64,000 bases of DNA from Alphaproteobacteria bacterium (GTDB lineage Bacteria; Pseudomonadota; Alphaproteobacteria; GCA-2731375): assembly GCA_965225945.1 (NCBI GenBank), contig CBDDBZ010000034.1, positions 352,280 through 416,279 on the forward strand, in the 5' to 3' direction. Positions 60,963 through 64,000 of the stretch are shown piece by piece. Made by a program: the position numbers and the translations under genes. The notes beneath the pieces were generated by a model. It worked only from the letters and a program-made list of their open reading frames with translations. It was not told the DNA's origin and did no database searches. Position 1 is the first letter of the stretch. Every line of letters starts with the position of its first letter.

Positions 60963-61717
60963 CTTGCCTATCCGGTTATCACCCACACCCACTATATGTA
61001 GTGTGTCTCCTTGGACTGCAGGCAAGGGCCGGCGCAGGCGCATTGAGGAGGCGATCCGGCTAATTCTTGATTGTTCTGAAAACCGAACCGGAGTTTGATT
61101 CACGTCACGTACTTAACATCGGGGGGCGGAACGGTGGCGACCAAGGGAAAAACGAAGAAACCCACGGCCAGACGGGAAGCTGCTGATGAAACGACATCGT
61201 CTGAGCGATTGACGGCACTAGTCGAAGAAAGCGACGCGCTGGCACGAATCGTTGCGAAGAACCCGTCCGCGCCTGTTAGTCTCCTGCGCGTTTTGAGTCG
61301 CAGCGAAGACGAAGCGACACGCAAGAACGTGATCCTCAATCCGTTTACTTCATATGACGTATTGAGCGAACTTGAAAACCAGTTCACAGAGCTATTTGTG
61401 AATAATCCGGCACTCGAATCTTACAATTCAATGAAGCTCTGATTTCCTGGAATATTCCATCGGTGTCGTTCACCTCCGATTTCAGATAAATTTCAATGAA
61501 GTGACGGTCCTTTATGCAACGTGGCGTTTTGCCAAATCCGACTCAATGATTAGGATTTCCACCACGCTAAAGTGTCGCCTAAAAGGCGCTACAATGCCGT
61601 CCGAGTCCCTGCTCGGCATCGCCGGAGATATCTCCGCTTCGACCTGCACCGAGCTTTACTCAGGAAAATGGGTGCACACTACATATAGTGGGTGTGGGTG
61701 ATAACCGGATAGGCAAG
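60963..61717. mobile_element. Non-autonomous cargo-carrying element (MITE/MIC) with 43-bp perfect TIRs
   Basis: CTTGCCTATCCGGTTATCACCCACACCCACTATATGTAGTGTG at 60963-61005 and inverted at 61675-61717; 8-bp duplication GAACAAAC on both sides. Confidence 0.92.
61134..61442 (+). CDS. Passenger protein with leucine-rich-variant/HEAT-like repeats
   Basis: VAKNPSAPVSLLRVLS, VILNPFTSYDVLSELE and FVNNPAL repeated NP motifs; lower GC. Confidence 0.6.
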   Translation: MATKGKTKKPTARREAADETTSSERLTALVEESDALARIVAKNPSAPVSLLRVLSRSEDEATRKNVILNPFTSYDVLSELENQFTELFVNNPALESYNSMKL

Positions 61718-62407
61718 GAACAAACATGCCAACGAGAAGAAGCGGCTGGGCCGCGGAGGTGTCGGCAAGGCCGTGGTCGCCGGAGCCAAGGACCGAGACA
61801 CCAACCGCGTGAGCACCGAAGTCGTCGAGGCGACCGACGCCAAGACGCTACAGGGGTTCGTAGCGGAGCGCGCGGCGCCGGGCGCAACCGTCTACACGGA
61901 CGAGGCGGCGGCCTACAAGGGCATGCCCTTCGATCACCAGTCAGTGCACCACGGCACCGGCGAGTACGTCCGCCATATGGCGCACGTCAATGGGATGTGA
62001 GAGCTTCTGGGCGGCCCTGAAGCGCGGCCATAAGGGCGTCTATCACAAGATCAGCCCGAAGCACCTGCAACGCTATGTCGACGAGTTCGCGGGCCGGCAC
62101 AATGTCCGAGACGCCGACACCATCGACCAGATGCGGTCGATGGTTGCCAGCATGGCCGGAAAACGGCTGCCCTACGAAGCTCTGATCGCGGACAATGGGA
62201 GGTCCAGCGGGGCGCGCAGCTAGACGCTCTCCCTAGTAGAGTTCGCCCCGGGAGCTTTGGACGGCGGAACGGGGCGGCCCCTGACCCTCTCGGTTGCGAC
62301 CATAGCCGAGAGGGATTTTGCATCTCTACTCCAGATTTTGATCCTGTTTATCAACCGTCACCAGAAGAAGTACGTGAAGCCGTAATCGGGCTTGTTTGAA
62401 AATGTCG

Positions 62408-63788
62408 GAGCTATTGTCAAAAGTTGGTGACGGTGGTTTTCAGGCGGCGCGTTCGATCAGCTTTTCTCCGTCTTTGAATTTGACGCCCTCGACGATCTCG
62501 GCGAGGCGGTGAGATCCGTCGAGACGCCGCCATTTCTTGGCTGCCGACTGGCACAACTTGAAGACCATGGTGAGCGCCGTGGTCCGGCTGAGGCAGCCCT
62601 TGGTCTTGATGGTCCTCAGGGCGCACGGTTGCGAAGGTGCTTTCTATGGGATTGGTCGTGCGCAGGTGCTTCCAGTGCTCAGCCGGAAAGTCGTAGAAGG
62701 TGAGCAGCCCCGCGCGGTCCTTGGCCAGGCAGGCCGTGGCCTTGTCGTACTTGGCGCCGTAGGCCTCCAAGAAGAAGTCGAACGCCTTCTCGGCCCGATC
62801 CTTGGTCTCGGCCAACCAGATGTCCTGCAGGTGCCCCTTGGCCTTGGCTTGGAGGGACTTGGGCAACTTGTTCAGAACGTTGCCGGTCTTGTGCAGCCAG
62901 CAGCGCTGTTCGCGCGTCGTGCCGTGGCTCTCGCGCAAGGCCTTCCAGAAGCCGAGCGCTCCGTCTCCGACGGCCAGCTCGCGCGCCACCTCGAGGCCGC
63001 GCCGCTTGAGATCGAGCAGCAGCTCGCGCCACGACTGGGCGCTCTCGCGATAGCCGTCGGCGATTGCCAGCAGTTCCTTGCGGCCCCACTGGTCGGCGCC
63101 GATGATGACCAGGATGCATTGCTTGTCGTGCTCCATCCGGGGCTGGAAATAGATCCCGTCGGCCCAGAAATAGAGATAGCGCCGGGCCGAGAGGTCGCGC
63201 TTTTCCCAGCGCGCCAGCTCGCCTTGCCAGACATCCTTCAAGCGCGTGATCGTCGAGGCCGAAAGCCCCGGTGCGTCCGGCCCCAGAAGAGCGGCCAGGG
63301 CCTCGGTGAAGTCGCCCGTCGAGATGCCCTTCAGGTAGAGCCAGGGCAAGAGCTCCTCGATCGACTTGGCCCGCCTGAGGTAGGGCGGCAGGATCGCCGA
63401 GGTGAAACGGATCTTGCCGGCCTCTCCTGAACCCCCGCGGTCGCGCACCCTGGGGCAGCGCACCGCGACCGGCCCGATGCCGGTTTGAACCTGGCGCTCG
63501 CGATGATGACCGTGGCGAACGACACGGCGCCGGCCCGCATCGTCCTCCAGATCGCCGTGCGCCGCGATGAAGGCCGTGACCTCCATCTCAACGGCTTGCG
63601 CCAAGAGACGCCGCGCTCCCGAGCGCAACACCGACGTCAAGGGATCCTCCGAAAATGACCCTGGATGGCGAAGTTCAACAACTCTATCCTCACTCATGGC
63701 GTATCCTTTCCTTATGGGAATCGGCGACTCGGTATCGCCAGGATACGCCGCCTTCAATTCATCGCGTCACCAACTTCGGGTATAGCTC
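62408..63788 (-). mobile_element. IS256 family insertion sequence
   Basis: Ends GAGCTAT...AAGTTGGTGA / TCACCAACTT...ATAGCTC; 9-bp target duplication AAAATGTCG at 62399-62407 and 63789-63797. Confidence 0.92.
62417..63697 (-). pseudogene. IS256 transposase with a +1 frameshift near 62620
   Basis: YLKGISTGDF, WADGIY, VGDGALGFW, QRCWLHK and RTTNPIES; the expected tail LRTIKTKGCLS...KKWRRL is in another frame. Confidence 0.85.
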
Positions 63789-64000
63789 AAAATGTCGCGG
63801 CGGTTGAGATAGCGTTGGTGGTTGAAGATTCCATGGGGTGGATTGTGATCCACTTTTCAGAGTGGTGTCGGAACATAACTCTCTGTCTCCCGTCAGTGCC
63901 TATGAGACAGAAATAGTGGAGCGCGTTCCTGTTCATGGGAAGGCTGGTGCAGTCGCCGGGCAACGCGGTTCGACAAGAGCTTTCTTGACTTCCTCGACGC

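Larger units (their letters stand above)
60735..62223 (+). pseudogene. IS1595-family transposase, 5'-truncated, interrupted by a cargo MITE and frameshifted
   Basis: KGLSSMKLHRDL...VEVDETYFGGLEKNK | HANEKKR...VYTDE...HVNG / ESFWAALKRG...YVDEFAGRHN; removing the insert restores EKNKHANEKK in frame. Confidence 0.88.

Overview
High-GC bacterial DNA, most likely alphaproteobacterial (inferred from the cob gene set, fabA-fabB-fabI order and a Cle-type CheY). Positions 1-17.6 kb hold accessory metabolism and signalling: a uraD tail, SMP-30, Fic, an unknown His-repeat protein, acyl-CoA ligase, a decayed hybrid sensor kinase, an Hpt-like/CheY-like pair, a three-gene inositol operon (Ino1, IMPase, IPCT/DIPPS fusion), TauD and an LLM oxidoreductase. 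Positions 17.7-41.8 kb are a riboswitch-led cobalamin biosynthesis cluster (CobN/CobW route with CbiX and CbiD, and an unknown domain fused to CobH), interrupted by CTAG-ended MITEs, an IS1595 and a methylmalonyl-CoA mutase remnant. fabA-fabB-fabI follow at 41.9-44.5 kb. Positions 44.5-64 kb are a nested mobile-element zone: RAYT remnant, HEPN-motif gene, group II twintron, IS3/IS481-like element, IS21 inside IS21, integrases with higBA, a cargo MITE inside IS1595, and IS256. The top finding is a group II intron inserted exactly at the domain V/VI junction of another group II intron. Its apparent EBS1 loop is complementary to its own DV/DVI junction, and it is followed by a tandem stack of three identical domain VI units, the pattern expected of an intron that repeatedly homes into itself. 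All calls come from reading motifs by eye; no searches were run.
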